The notes: a model not told the origin generated them from the letters alone. Shown: positions 1 through 11,352, counted from the stretch's first letter. The stretch is 64,000 bases of DNA from Tolypothrix carrinoi HA7290-LM1 (GCA_019358935.1 JAHHIK010000010.1:32001-96000); one strand, 5' to 3'. A program made the numbers and translations.

Positions 1-1
1 C

Positions 2-937
2 GTACTTTCTAACGAACACACAGTTAGGCAGATGCAGCAGATTCGCAATTGTGATTCAGCAACAATAGACCCGCACAAATCAGGCTATATTCAGTATCCG
101 GCTGGAAGCACACTTTATCGCAATGGTCAAATAAAGAATTTTACAACTTTTTCCGGTGCTTATATCGGCGGCTCGCAGTCAATTCGTCCCACAGAACCGT
201 CGGTTGGGATATACGGTCTTGAAGGTTCCAAGCCTGGTGCTAGTGCAGCTGCGGTTTTCCTATCGCATCAAGTGATTCGACCTTCTATAAATGGCTATGG
301 CAAGATCATCAATCTCGCCCTTCTCAATACCAAGCTATTCTATCTGCGCCTACTGTACATGGCAACAGAACAGGATAACTTTATAATCGTGCCATTGCCC
401 GGTCTTGCAATCGAGCGTACAAATAGTGTAATAGGCTCAGGCGTTGGCGATCGCTATCTTATTTCTCTACAAGAGCGATTGTACGGTAAAACGCAAGAGG
501 AAATCCTAAAAGACTCCCAAGCGATCGCAATGTTACGCGAAATTGGTTCTGACCAGAACGTCCTCTGCTATGCCTTCAATTTCAAACGTCAGGATAATAG
601 CATCAACGACGATCCTGAACTCTTCAATAAATTGAACGAGCTGATCTACGAGCGCTTCCACATCCACTATTACCAGAACGGTAAGACTGAAGATATTCAC
701 AAGTTTCCCTTTTTACTTACCAAAACTATCTTCCAGCTAGACAATTATGGATCGACATTTATAGATAACTATGCAAAACGCCTTGGGCTGTCAAAAACAG
801 TGGATTCAATGACAGTTTTGCGTTCGGTAGTCATGAACCCGTTCTTAAACTTGCCCAATGGCGGCTCATTTTTCGACGAGATCGTAGAAATTCTCCGAAG
901 TAACGTTACCGAAATTATCGACCAAAATTTTCGGTGA
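2..937 (+). CDS. PLP-dependent group II amino-acid decarboxylase, 5'-partial
   Basis: Frame is open from the window edge; PLP-lysine motif SATIDPHKSGY and LEGSKPG. Confidence 0.75.
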   Translation, partial: VLSNEHTVRQMQQIRNCDSATIDPHKSGYIQYPAGSTLYRNGQIKNFTTFSGAYIGGSQSIRPTEPSVGIYGLEGSKPGASAAAVFLSHQVIRPSINGYGKIINLALLNTKLFYLRLLYMATEQDNFIIVPLPGLAIERTNSVIGSGVGDRYLISLQERLYGKTQEEILKDSQAIAMLREIGSDQNVLCYAFNFKRQDNSINDDPELFNKLNELIYERFHIHYYQNGKTEDIHKFPFLLTKTIFQLDNYGSTFIDNYAKRLGLSKTVDSMTVLRSVVMNPFLNLPNGGSFFDEIVEILRSNVTEIIDQNFR

Positions 938-1077
938 CCGATCCTGCGGTTCTAGGTCTATCTAGTAGCAAAAATTTATTTCCATTCCTGATAAAAATAA
1001 ATATGGAATCATGAGAAGCGATCGCTTAAATCAGGCTGGTTATTTGTAGAAATGTTACGAATGTTATGAAATCACGC

Positions 1078-2580
1078 TCAGTTCACAAATTCTTCCGATG
1101 CTAGCTGACTCATAAATGACTGATCTTGGTTCATACCAACAAGAACCACATGCTTATCTAATTTTTTATATCGAGCAACGACCTGAGAAATTGCAGTTAC
1201 AGCCGCATGATCCCATACATGAGCATGATGAAAGTCAATTATTACTTTTTCTGGGTCTTCTGCATAGTTAAAGAACTCGATAAAGCTGGCGATTGAACCA
1301 AAGAAAAGTTGTCCGGATATTGTATATATTTTCGCACCACAAGCATCGAATGATTTAACTGCTTTGATTTGGGCTGCTTTCCAAGCGAAAATAAAAGTGC
1401 TAATAATTACGCCGACCAAAACACCTTGAGCAAGGTTATTAGTCAAGAGAGCGATCGCCACCGTTACAGGCATGACAATCGCATCACTCAGCGGCATTTT
1501 TCTTAACTGTTGTAAAGATTTCCAACTAAAGGTTTCAAAAGCCACCATAATCATGATACCAATTAATGCCGCCATCGGTATCTGTTTAACTATATCTCGA
1601 AAAACAAAGATTAAAGTTAATAAAAAAGCACCAGATACAAAAGTTGATAAACGCCCTTTGCCTCCAGACCTTATATTAATAATTGATTGCCCAACCATGC
1701 CACAACCAGCCATTCCACCAAAAAAGCCTGTGACAATGTTGGCAATCCCCTGACCTTTGACTTCTCGATTTTTAGAGCTTTTGGTTTCTGTTAACTCATT
1801 GAGTAAATCTGCTGTTAATAAAGATTCTAAAAGACCGACAATCGAGAGGGTTAATGAGTAAGGCAAAATAATAAAAAAGCTTTCTAAAGAAAAATCAATA
1901 TGCGGCAGATGAAACGATGGCAGCGTACCTGTAATATTACCAATATCTCCGACTCTCCGAACATTGACTTTTGTAGTTATTGCCACGATTGTCATAATTA
2001 CAATCGCAACTAACGGTGATGGTACAATTTTGGTAATACGAGGTAGAAGATAAACGATCGCTAATGTGGCTGCTACCATCAAATACATTTGCCAAGGTTG
2101 TCCAGCAAATTGTTTAACTTGAGCTACAAAAATTAAGATGCCTAAAGCATTCACAAAACCTGCCACAACCGATTGGGGAATAAAGCTAAAAAATCTGCTT
2201 AATTTCCCAACTCCCATGAGAAATTGAACTATCCCAGTTAAAATAGTGGCTGCAAATAAATACTCAACTCCATGTTTTTCTACTAATGATGTCATCAGTA
2301 ACGACATCGAACCAGTTGCTGCCGAAATCATCGCCGGTCTTCCACCAAACACGGAAATAACGATGGCTATACAAAAGGAAGTATATAGAGCTACCATTGG
2401 CTCAACTTTAGCTATAGCAGCAAAAGCCAGAGATTCTGGAATCAATGCTAACGCTACAGTCATCCCTGCTAAAACATCACCTCTAACATGAGAAAAATCT
2501 ATAGTTTTTACTCTGTAAAAATTTAATTCACGAGCTAGTGTAGTAGTCTTGTTTTTGTATTTATTTTTAATAAAATGCAC
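1078..2580 (-). CDS. SulP/SLC26 anion transporter with C-terminal STAS domain
   Basis: GDVLAGMTVALALIPESLAFA, GGRPAMISAATG, GQLFFGS; probable GTG start at 2580 after GGAGG (ORF track starts at 2619). Confidence 0.9.
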   Translation of the reverse strand: MHFIKNKYKNKTTTLARELNFYRVKTIDFSHVRGDVLAGMTVALALIPESLAFAAIAKVEPMVALYTSFCIAIVISVFGGRPAMISAATGSMSLLMTSLVEKHGVEYLFAATILTGIVQFLMGVGKLSRFFSFIPQSVVAGFVNALGILIFVAQVKQFAGQPWQMYLMVAATLAIVYLLPRITKIVPSPLVAIVIMTIVAITTKVNVRRVGDIGNITGTLPSFHLPHIDFSLESFFIILPYSLTLSIVGLLESLLTADLLNELTETKSSKNREVKGQGIANIVTGFFGGMAGCGMVGQSIINIRSGGKGRLSTFVSGAFLLTLIFVFRDIVKQIPMAALIGIMIMVAFETFSWKSLQQLRKMPLSDAIVMPVTVAIALLTNNLAQGVLVGVIISTFIFAWKAAQIKAVKSFDACGAKIYTISGQLFFGSIASFIEFFNYAEDPEKVIIDFHHAHVWDHAAVTAISQVVARYKKLDKHVVLVGMNQDQSFMSQLASEEFVN

Positions 2581-2896
2581 TCCCACCTCCAATTTTAGAA
2601 ATTGACAAAAAAGCATCAACCTAAAAAATGCTAAGTAATATTAACATTATCAGAATGAAAATTTTTATAATTGTATATAGTTAATTAGCAAGTTTTACAA
2701 TTACTTCATAATTTATCGGATAAATATAATTTTTCAATAAACTAGGATTTAATGCCGATAGTATGGTAGTTTTGGGGGTGGCGTGAAAGCGATCGCGCAG
2801 TATTTGCTTGTAGCAGAAAAATGTAACTGCCATGCGATCGCCTTTGATCTAAAATCGTAGGTTAAATACTTAACCTCAATCCGAATACTGCAATAA

Positions 2897-3886
2897 TTAC
2901 TTAGAAAAATTCGGTTCCCCAATTTCGGGGAAACTAGCAAAATTGCGTCTCACCCAATCCATCCCCACTTCATTATTGAGCTTAATTTTCTGTGGCGTAT
3001 TTGGGTAAATCTTCCCTAAAATATCTGCATCTTGTTCGACAACAACTTTAGCAAAGTTGAGAAACTTGTTACCCAACGCTTTAAATGCTGGATGTTTCGC
3101 TTGCCCAAACATCAATACATAAGTGCGTGTCCGCATCTCGGATTCTGGGATAAACAGGTGGCATTGTGCAACTTTAGCTGCCCAGTTTTCAACATGTGAA
3201 ATTATTAAAGATGGAAAGTGATTTTCTAAGTGTGGTTTCAGGACTTTTGGTAGTAGCAACAAGTCGGGATTGCTGATTTTTTCTCTTAAACTTGTAGCTG
3301 CTGTGGGCATATCAAAAAAAGCGTGCGATTCATGCCCGTTGTCGATAAACTTCTCAAATTGCACTTCTTCAATTTTAAATAAAGGGCGATGAGTGCCGTT
3401 TTGATGATTATAATCGTGCATATTTAACAGCATGGTGAGCAAATCTGTCTCCACGCTGGTGTCTGCTGTATGTCCAATAAAGTCATACTTGGCAGTTATT
3501 TCATTCAAAATTGTCGGAATTGGCACTTTCGGTTCATATCCGCCATAAGACCAAATAAAATCATCTTGAATAATCAGTTCTAACGGTTGCAATTGTGGTA
3601 AAGTTTTCTTATTTGAACCGGGCAAAATAGTACAACCTTCACTGTCAAATTCCAAAGCATGGAATGGGCAAACTACAACGCTAGTTTTATCTTCACGTTG
3701 CTGACACCAACCTGAAGATAACATTGCTCCCATATGTGGACAAGCATTAGGTAAGGCGCTGATTTTACCTGCTGCATCTTTCCACAGCACGTAATCACAA
3801 CCGTAGAGGGAAACTTTTCTCGGTTTGTTTACCTCTAACATCGATTTGTGTGCTAACAGCCAAGGTGCGCCAAAAAGCATAGACAT
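2897..3886 (-). CDS. Rieske [2Fe-2S] non-heme iron oxygenase
   Basis: CPHMGA...CPFH Rieske ligands; DYNHQNGTH mononuclear iron motif. Confidence 0.85.
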   Translation of the reverse strand: MSMLFGAPWLLAHKSMLEVNKPRKVSLYGCDYVLWKDAAGKISALPNACPHMGAMLSSGWCQQREDKTSVVVCPFHALEFDSEGCTILPGSNKKTLPQLQPLELIIQDDFIWSYGGYEPKVPIPTILNEITAKYDFIGHTADTSVETDLLTMLLNMHDYNHQNGTHRPLFKIEEVQFEKFIDNGHESHAFFDMPTAATSLREKISNPDLLLLPKVLKPHLENHFPSLIISHVENWAAKVAQCHLFIPESEMRTRTYVLMFGQAKHPAFKALGNKFLNFAKVVVEQDADILGKIYPNTPQKIKLNNEVGMDWVRRNFASFPEIGEPNFSK

Positions 3887-3992
3887 TGTTATTTTCTTCC
3901 TTTTATGACTACAGCAAAATCTTGTAGATTAAGTGAGCTTATTAAGTAATTTTTTCTACTTAATCTACTAAGTGAGTTCTGCCAAAAATAGT

Positions 3993-4010
3993 TAACTAAT
4001 TTTTTAGTTA
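3993..4010. promoter_or_regulatory. Candidate TetR operator TAACTAA-tttt-TTAGTTA
   Basis: Perfect 7-bp inverted repeat between the divergent Rieske and TetR genes. Confidence 0.4.
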
Positions 4011-4143
4011 GTTATTAATTTAACCAATTTGATTTAGTCTGTCAACTACTAACCAGTCTTAAAAAACTTTGATCCCCGAAAGTCGGCGCTCAAAGTTTTC
4101 GGTTTTTTCGTTAAGATGATGTTCGTCTCTTTGATGGTGAACC

Positions 4144-4803
4144 GTGGGTCGTTCAACGAAATCAAAATCTTCATCTAACAAACCTCGACAAGTGCGCGAT
4201 GCTGAAGCGACGAAAGCGCAGATATTGGATGCAGCAATGGAGGAGTTTGCCAAGCATGGTCTTTCGGGAGCGCGAACTGAGGCGATCGCTTCGGGTAGTG
4301 GCGTTACCAAAGCCATGATTTACTACTATTTTGAGAGTAAGGAAAAGCTATATCAAGCAGTCTTACATCGGCTTGACTTTCCCATAAACGACATGCTTCG
4401 GGAAACAAACTTGGATAATTTGCCACCGGAAGAAGCCTTAAAGCAGGTTATTCAAGCAGCTATTGCTTATAGAGTCCAGCATCCTCACTTAGGCATGATT
4501 TTATTTCAAGAAGCGAATCAAAATCAAGGTAAGTTTTACAAACAGACAAACTGGCAAGAAGGTTTTGAGCAAGTTATTAATATCTTAGAACGTGGTATAG
4601 CGTCCGGTTGCTTTCGTCCAGTTGACCCGTTTCTAACTGCAATTCATATTGCCGCAGTTTGTACTTTTTATTTCGATGCCTACGAGAATCTTAAGTATGC
4701 AAAACCGGATTTAGACTTGCGAAGTCCAGAAATGATTGAGGAATACACGCAACAAGCAATTAATTTGATTTTAGCTGGTGTGCGATTTAATACTCAACAA
4801 TAG
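4144..4803 (+). CDS. TetR/AcrR family transcriptional regulator
   Basis: HTH ILDAAMEEFAKHGLSGARTEAIA...MIYYYFESKEKLY. Confidence 0.92.
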   Translation: MGRSTKSKSSSNKPRQVRDAEATKAQILDAAMEEFAKHGLSGARTEAIASGSGVTKAMIYYYFESKEKLYQAVLHRLDFPINDMLRETNLDNLPPEEALKQVIQAAIAYRVQHPHLGMILFQEANQNQGKFYKQTNWQEGFEQVINILERGIASGCFRPVDPFLTAIHIAAVCTFYFDAYENLKYAKPDLDLRSPEMIEEYTQQAINLILAGVRFNTQQ

Positions 4804-5350
4804 CATTTATGCAATCTGACAATATGAACGAAGTTCACAATACAGCATGAAAATTCCTCTTTCAAGCGTCCAAGCGTTTCTATAAAAGCAAATTTATCTT
4901 CAACAAATATATATTTTAATTGACATTTTTCCGGAACGACCTACTTCACATGATTAAAAAGTTTAAAAATCAAATTTAAACACTTATGTCGATTCAATAA
5001 AGATTTTGTAAAGACGACCAAGAAAATCTGACAATCTGATTATTTCATGTATATATACTGATATAACAGATGTTTTAGTTTCTTTTAACATCAATTCTTC
5101 TAATTGTATGTATCTACTCTTGACTATTAATTAAATTTTAATCTACGTATAATTGATAACTAAAAAATACCTCCGAGGAAACATTTAAGTGATTATGTAA
5201 AGAATATGTCTGAAGTGAGCATTAAGATCCAGTCCGAAGAAAAATTTGATTGTCTCGTAAACATGGTTGATAAATAATTACTAAATTGGCATTTATAATC
5301 AACCATAACTGCGGCAGAAACAAAACACCGTCAAAAGTAACAATCACAGA

Positions 5351-7525
5351 ATGCAAATGTTTAATCAGCACATCAATAATTTATTTTTGTCACGGGGTAA
5401 AGTTGTCAGTTTTTTACTTAGTCTGATAGCTGGAATTATTATTTCAATTGGAATTGCAACATATTTAACTGCTAATGTAGCGTCAGCAACCACTTACAAA
5501 ACCTCTTGGATAGGTAATACATTTGGCGGTGGCGATAAGTGGGTACAAAACCAGATTGAAGCGATGTATGTTGCCCCAAACGGTACAGTTTATACTAACA
5601 GCGGTTGGGATGAAGCCGGTAGAGAAGCCGGAATATACAAGGATGGCGATGTTATTGGTTCCTCAGTGGAGACGCACGGCTGGAGTCGTAGCGGGGGCAA
5701 AGCTGTCACAGGAAATAGCAAATACATTTACCTTGCCATGATTCAGGGGTCGATGGGCGACATAAAAGCTGATTATCCCCCAGAAAAAACAACTTGGTAC
5801 TGTGTAAGACGCTACGACTTATCTGGCAAACCTGCTGCTTTTAGCAAAGGACGCGGCTACGATCGCAGTATGTTAATTGTCAGTACTAAAGGCGAAGTTA
5901 CAGGATTGGCAACTTCAGGAAACGAGTTGTATGTTAGCGATTCCGCTGACAATAAAATTCGAGTTTACAACAGCGAAACTCTAGACGAAATTCGTAGCTT
6001 TAGCTTTAGCAATCCCGGACAGATAAGCGTTGACCGTCAAGGAAATTTGTGGATTATTCAGCCGAAAAAAGGTAGTAATCCGGCAAAGATTCTACATTAT
6101 TCGCGACAAGGAAAACAGTTACCAGAACAGATTGCCGATGTAGTTGAGCCAAAAGCGATGGCGATCGATAATCAAAATAGACTTTTAGTAGCAGAAAATG
6201 ATTCGCGCCAGCAAGTATTAATTTACAATATTAAAAAAAAGCCAGTATTAACCGGAACTTTCGGCAGCAAGGGCGGTATATATCAAGGTACGGCTGGGGA
6301 AATCAGTGATTTGAAATTTTACGGTATTACTGGAGTCGGCACAGATGCCGCAGGTAATATCTATATAAATAGTAATGGTTTCAATTACTCAGGCACGGAT
6401 TTGCGGAAGTTTTCACCTACCGGAAAACTACAGTGGCAATTGTTAGGTTTGCATTTTGTCGATAATGCCGATACTGACCCAGCTAGTGATGGAATTGAGG
6501 TATTTACGAAGCAAGAACAATTCGTCATGAATTATAACAAGCCTGCCGGTCAGCAAGGGACTTACAAAGCTTACACAATAAATCCTTTCAAATACCCACA
6601 AGATCCGCGTTTGCATACAGCACCGACTTCAGCCTTTTTTCGGCGCATTAAAGGCAAGCCTTTTATGTTTCTCACAGATATCTTTGCCAGCTTTATAGAG
6701 ATTTATCGTTTCAATCCAAACAGCGATGGCAAAATTGCCATACCAGCGGGAATGTTTTGGGGAACACCAGAAAAAGATGGAAAACCAGTAGCTGTAAGTT
6801 GGCTTCCTAATATACCCAAAGAAGGAGAATGGATTTGGGGCGATCGCAATGGTAACGGCGCCTTTGACAACGGCGAATACGATTCTTTACCAAAAGATTA
6901 TCCCTACCTGGGGGGATTGTGGGTAGACAGCAAAGGAGATGTTTGGAAAACCTTGCGAACTCTAGATGGTATCGGCATTCGGCATTATCCGTTACAAGGA
7001 CTAGATAAAAACGGCAACCCAATTTATACTTCTAGTTCGCTCCAAAAACAAAAAACACCAAGTATATTCACTGATATCCGGAGAATCGAATATTTCCCGG
7101 AAACAGACACTATGTATTTGTCTGGCTTCACTGTAGATCACCCCGCAGTCGGCGACGATGCCACAATTGCTGGATCGGAAATTGCCCGTTTTGACAATTG
7201 GAGCAAAGGAAATCGCACTCCCCGTTGGCGAACTGTAATTCCCTACGACACGACTGGCAAACGCGAAGTGTCTACAGCCGCAATGAGTGTGGCAGGAGAT
7301 TACGTGTTTGCCGTCACAGTGAAAACCGCAGAAGTATATGTCTACAAGACAGCAACGGGAGCGGAAGTTCAAAAGTTAAAACCTGGTGCAGAAGTGAAGG
7401 GCGAAAGTGGTTGGATTGATATACCATACGGTATCCGCGCTTTTCGTCGCTCAAATGGTCAGTACTTAGTGTTTGTTGAGGAAGATGCGAAAGGAAAAGT
7501 GATTGTGTACAAACTACCAAAGTGA
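5351..7525 (+). CDS. Exported NHL/beta-propeller repeat protein
   Basis: N-terminal hydrophobic segment; repeated NHL-like motifs (PGQISVDRQGNLWI, PKAMAIDNQNRLLV). Confidence 0.7.
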   Translation: MQMFNQHINNLFLSRGKVVSFLLSLIAGIIISIGIATYLTANVASATTYKTSWIGNTFGGGDKWVQNQIEAMYVAPNGTVYTNSGWDEAGREAGIYKDGDVIGSSVETHGWSRSGGKAVTGNSKYIYLAMIQGSMGDIKADYPPEKTTWYCVRRYDLSGKPAAFSKGRGYDRSMLIVSTKGEVTGLATSGNELYVSDSADNKIRVYNSETLDEIRSFSFSNPGQISVDRQGNLWIIQPKKGSNPAKILHYSRQGKQLPEQIADVVEPKAMAIDNQNRLLVAENDSRQQVLIYNIKKKPVLTGTFGSKGGIYQGTAGEISDLKFYGITGVGTDAAGNIYINSNGFNYSGTDLRKFSPTGKLQWQLLGLHFVDNADTDPASDGIEVFTKQEQFVMNYNKPAGQQGTYKAYTINPFKYPQDPRLHTAPTSAFFRRIKGKPFMFLTDIFASFIEIYRFNPNSDGKIAIPAGMFWGTPEKDGKPVAVSWLPNIPKEGEWIWGDRNGNGAFDNGEYDSLPKDYPYLGGLWVDSKGDVWKTLRTLDGIGIRHYPLQGLDKNGNPIYTSSSLQKQKTPSIFTDIRRIEYFPETDTMYLSGFTVDHPAVGDDATIAGSEIARFDNWSKGNRTPRWRTVIPYDTTGKREVSTAAMSVAGDYVFAVTVKTAEVYVYKTATGAEVQKLKPGAEVKGESGWIDIPYGIRAFRRSNGQYLVFVEEDAKGKVIVYKLPK

Positions 7526-7565
7526 TTTATAACACATCTAAAAAGTACATAATCTGCTACAGTAT

Positions 7566-7991
7566 TGTAAGTCGGTATTCGGAGTTTGAGAAGAATTAGG
7601 ACTTACGCTTTAAATCGGCGTAGTTCCTTAATTTACGAGTGCGATAATTCATGAATTATCGCTACAGAAGATATGTTTTGCGCTCCCAACTGTGAAAATA
7701 ATTTTCACCTCAAGTCTGCTGGATGAAAGTTGACCAAAAACACAGTGTGGGGTATAGGGTGTGGGGTGTGGGGAAAGAACGCACTCCCACACCCTGTTCT
7801 CGGTACAAGCCCCTACTTTTAAGTATGGAGAAAGAAAAAAATGTCCATCGAGACACGTAGTGCGAAAAATACAGCGTCCTTATTTGAAACCCCTGCTTTC
7901 AAGTATGGGGTTCCCACACCCTACCCCCTACCCCCTACCCCCTACACCCTTTTCATAACCGGCTAACTTGACACCGAATGCCTGACTTATA
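7566..7991. mobile_element. Nested MITE/repeat cluster
   Basis: Imperfect outer TIRs TGTAAGTCGGTATTCGG / CCGAATGCCTGACTTATA; inner TTAGGACTTACGC end, hairpin 7641-7662, and an element with GGGTGTG/CCTACAC arms at 7745-7950. Confidence 0.6.
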
Positions 7992-8584
7992 TCAATAGTT
8001 TAATTTAAAGTATGTTTTTAGACATTTTTGGTATCACTAGGGGGTACTATTACGCACAATAGTAGTATTTTTCAACCACAAGATACAGTCTAACTTTTAA
8101 CGAAAGCGCAGTACTGCTAATATCAAAAATAGAGTAGTGATTGTATCTGAAAATTTGCCCGTATTCTCTGTCAGCGAAGCAAATACATGTAATATATAAT
8201 ACAATTAGTTTAGATGATGTAAATGTAGATAAAGTAAGTTTTAACTAATATTTATTTACCGAATAATACTAGTAACAAATATTACTATAAATGATTTTAA
8301 ACACGTAAAAATTTTCCAGTTAATAATTAAATTTAAATTAGTCACCAAGCAAATAACTAAAATTGCTTGGCATATTTTTATGTGAAACTTATTTCAAGTT
8401 AATAATAGGTAAAGTGATTGTTAAAATAAAATATTGTTTGTTGAACAAAAAGAAAAACATGAAACTGTTATTAATAAAAGTGGTATTATGTAAAAACAAT
8501 AAATAAAACTCATAAAAATATGCATTAAAGAAAGAAAAACGTGGCAGAAGTTTTTGTGAGATTATATTTAGTAAAAAAGAGACT

Positions 8585-9370
8585 ATGAATTATAAAAAAT
8601 TTCTCCAAAGGTTAGAAAAAGTACTTCCAAATACCTGGCTTTATAAAGTGCAATATATGCACTCTAACTTACTAGTTCGGTGGATTTTGCGTCGTGGAAG
8701 TATGCCGCTAACATTTAGCAAAAAATCAGCAATGGTGTTTTCTCCGCATCAAGATGATGAAACTTTTGGTTGCGGTGGGATGATTGCTTTAAAAAGGGAA
8801 CAGGGAATACCAGTAGTAGTAGCTTTTCTGACGGATGGACAGGGTTCAGTTGGCGAGGATTCGGAAATTAAAGATAAAATCATCCAAATTCGCAAACAAG
8901 AAGCAGTAACGGCATTGAATATTTTAGGAGTTGAACCATCAGAAATTTACTTTTTGGATAAGGTAGATGGAACATTACGAGATTTAGAAGCATTGCAACG
9001 ACAACAGACGATTGAGCAGATAGCTGAACTGCTTCAAAAGTATAAACCAGGGGAAGTCTACGTTCCACATCAAAAAGATTGCCATAAGGATCATGAAGCT
9101 GCATATACTTTAGTAAAAGAAGCGATCGCTCAAGCCAAAATCGAAGTTGAACTGCTAGAGTATGCGATTTGGTTATTTTGGAGAGCGCCACTATTTATTA
9201 TGCTGAAGTTGCAGGATATAGCAGATGCTTATCGGCTATCAATTGCAGCAGTACAAGACAAAAAAAATAGAGCGATCGCCTCATATTCTTCTCAAATTGA
9301 AGGTCTACCCCCTGGGTTTCTCAAGCGATTTTTCGGGTCTTATGAAATATTCTTCAAAGTAGAATCCTAG
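8585..9370 (+). CDS. PIG-L/LmbE family deacetylase
   Basis: FSPHQDDETFGCGG, LTDG, HKDH motifs. Confidence 0.9.
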   Translation: MNYKKFLQRLEKVLPNTWLYKVQYMHSNLLVRWILRRGSMPLTFSKKSAMVFSPHQDDETFGCGGMIALKREQGIPVVVAFLTDGQGSVGEDSEIKDKIIQIRKQEAVTALNILGVEPSEIYFLDKVDGTLRDLEALQRQQTIEQIAELLQKYKPGEVYVPHQKDCHKDHEAAYTLVKEAIAQAKIEVELLEYAIWLFWRAPLFIMLKLQDIADAYRLSIAAVQDKKNRAIASYSSQIEGLPPGFLKRFFGSYEIFFKVES

Positions 9371-9469
9371 TAGCTGAAACTTCTTTATTATTAAGAGTTA
9401 AGCAGAGGTTGCGTCTCAAGTCGTAAAGTTAATCAATTTAATATCAGCGACCACTGTGGAGTAATTTAA

Positions 9470-10561
9470 ATGCGTATACTACATCTTACTAATCATATAA
9501 AACAAATAGGTAACGGTATTGTCAATGTGGCAGTAGATCTAGCTTGTTTGCAAGCTGCATCTGGTCACGATGTTGCGATGGCATCTGTCGGTGGCGAATA
9601 TGAAGCATTACTAGCAAGTTATGGCGCTCAACACTTTCAATTAAATCAGTCTAGAACACCGCCAAATTTAATTAAAGCAGCTGGGCATTATCGCGAAATC
9701 ATACAAGAGTTTCAGCCGGATATTGTCCATGCACATATGATGACAGGATCTGTGGTAGCAGGGCTTTTTAAAAAGAACTTTGGATATAGTTTAGTTACCA
9801 CCGTACACAATGAATTTCAGCGTAGTGCAGTACTGATGGGATTAGCCGATCGCGTAATTGCAGTTAGTAATGCAGTCGCAGATTCGATGGTACGTCGGGG
9901 TATACCGAAGAGAAAATTGCGAGTAGTCGCTAATGGTACATTGGGTAGTCCCCGGCATCGAAGTATTCTAGAATACCAACCGCTACCGCTACACCGTCCG
10001 GCGATCGCCACCGTAGCAGGAATGTATCAACGTAAAGGAATTGGTGAATTAATCGATGGCTTCGTAATAATAGCTGCGGATTTTCCCGATGCTCATCTAT
10101 ATTTAGTGGGGGATGGTCCGGATCGGGCAATGTTTGAAGCAAAAGTGCAAAATACAGCTTTTGCTTCGCGCATTCATTTTGAAGGCTTCCAAAGCGAACC
10201 GCAACGTTATATGCTAGCAACTGACATCTTCGTCCTGGCTTCACACCACGAATCTTTTGGTTTAGTTCTCACAGAAGCGCGGGAAGCAGGTTGCGCGATT
10301 ATTGCCAGCGATGTAGACGGCATTCCTGAGACTTTAGATAATGGAGAAGCTGGTGTTTTGGTGTCACCTAAAAATAGCTTTGCTGTCGCAACTGCTATGA
10401 AGAAATTACTTAATAACCCTTGGGAAATGCAAAAATGGAAATACAAAGGGAAACAAAATATAGAGCGGTTTAGTGCTGCACGGGTGAGTAAAGAAACACT
10501 CAATGTTTACCGTGAATTAGTACCAAATTACAATCTACGTCAAAGTAGTATGATTGTTTGA
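9470..10561 (+). CDS. Glycosyltransferase family 4
   Basis: ESFGLVLTEA, RKG, DVDGIPE motifs. Confidence 0.9.
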   Translation: MRILHLTNHIKQIGNGIVNVAVDLACLQAASGHDVAMASVGGEYEALLASYGAQHFQLNQSRTPPNLIKAAGHYREIIQEFQPDIVHAHMMTGSVVAGLFKKNFGYSLVTTVHNEFQRSAVLMGLADRVIAVSNAVADSMVRRGIPKRKLRVVANGTLGSPRHRSILEYQPLPLHRPAIATVAGMYQRKGIGELIDGFVIIAADFPDAHLYLVGDGPDRAMFEAKVQNTAFASRIHFEGFQSEPQRYMLATDIFVLASHHESFGLVLTEAREAGCAIIASDVDGIPETLDNGEAGVLVSPKNSFAVATAMKKLLNNPWEMQKWKYKGKQNIERFSAARVSKETLNVYRELVPNYNLRQSSMIV

Positions 10562-10709
10562 TTTTTCTGTCATCAAGAGTAGTGGAATTATAGGCGATCG
10601 CATAAGCTTGGTGTATGTAAAAAAGAGTGCGATCGCCTTTCTCATGCCATTACTAAAGACTTATCTACACCATAAAACGAGAAAATTACCAAGACTTTTC
10701 ACTACTTAA

Positions 10710-11342
10710 TTATCCTAACTTCTCCCTCACCCAAGCGCGAAACGATTTCAGCAAAGCAATTTCTCCCATAGTTTTACTTTGCTGAATAAATCTGCTGATA
10801 TCACTCACCGATACTATAGGAAAAGCAATACTAAATTCACATTCAACATATTGCCCTTCTATTAACTGATAAAATTTTAAATCTCGTCCGTTATATCTCC
10901 ATAGTTCAGCGATACCAAGTGCGGAATAAATCCCTAATTTGTTAACCGAACTGCTAGTTATATCAATCTCAATTGCTAAATCAGGTGCTGGATCTGTTTC
11001 TAAATCCAGAGTTTCTTTACCTCTAATAGCTAATTCATTCTGGATATAATAACAATTATCTGGTTCTATACCTCTTTTTGCGATTCTTCGCTTCAATGTT
11101 GTTGAACCAGCACTTTTAATTTCTATTTCTACTTCCTCGGCTAAAATTAATATAAAGCGGTCAAATTGGATTTTAGGATTTTCGTGTTCAAAAAGTGGAG
11201 TCATTATTTCTAAAGTTCCACAATCATAAGCAAATCGGGAACCTCTATCCTCACCCGTATCTGCTAGCAAGGCTTCAAAGGTTTCCCAGCTAATGTTGTG
11301 TAGCACTGTTCTTTGTTCGGCAATGCTTGAAGATATAATCAT
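10710..11342 (-). CDS. Uma2 family endonuclease-like protein
   Basis: ISWETFE...GIEPDNCYYI...PDLAIEID...YSALGIAELW. Confidence 0.9.
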   Translation of the reverse strand: MIISSSIAEQRTVLHNISWETFEALLADTGEDRGSRFAYDCGTLEIMTPLFEHENPKIQFDRFILILAEEVEIEIKSAGSTTLKRRIAKRGIEPDNCYYIQNELAIRGKETLDLETDPAPDLAIEIDITSSSVNKLGIYSALGIAELWRYNGRDLKFYQLIEGQYVECEFSIAFPIVSVSDISRFIQQSKTMGEIALLKSFRAWVREKLG

Positions 11343-11352
11343 CTTTAAGTAC

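Noticed and set aside
4930..4935. DIF1 heterocyst promoter motif TCCGGA upstream of the beta-propeller gene
   Set aside because: A single hexamer about 415 bp upstream with no convincing -10; expected by chance
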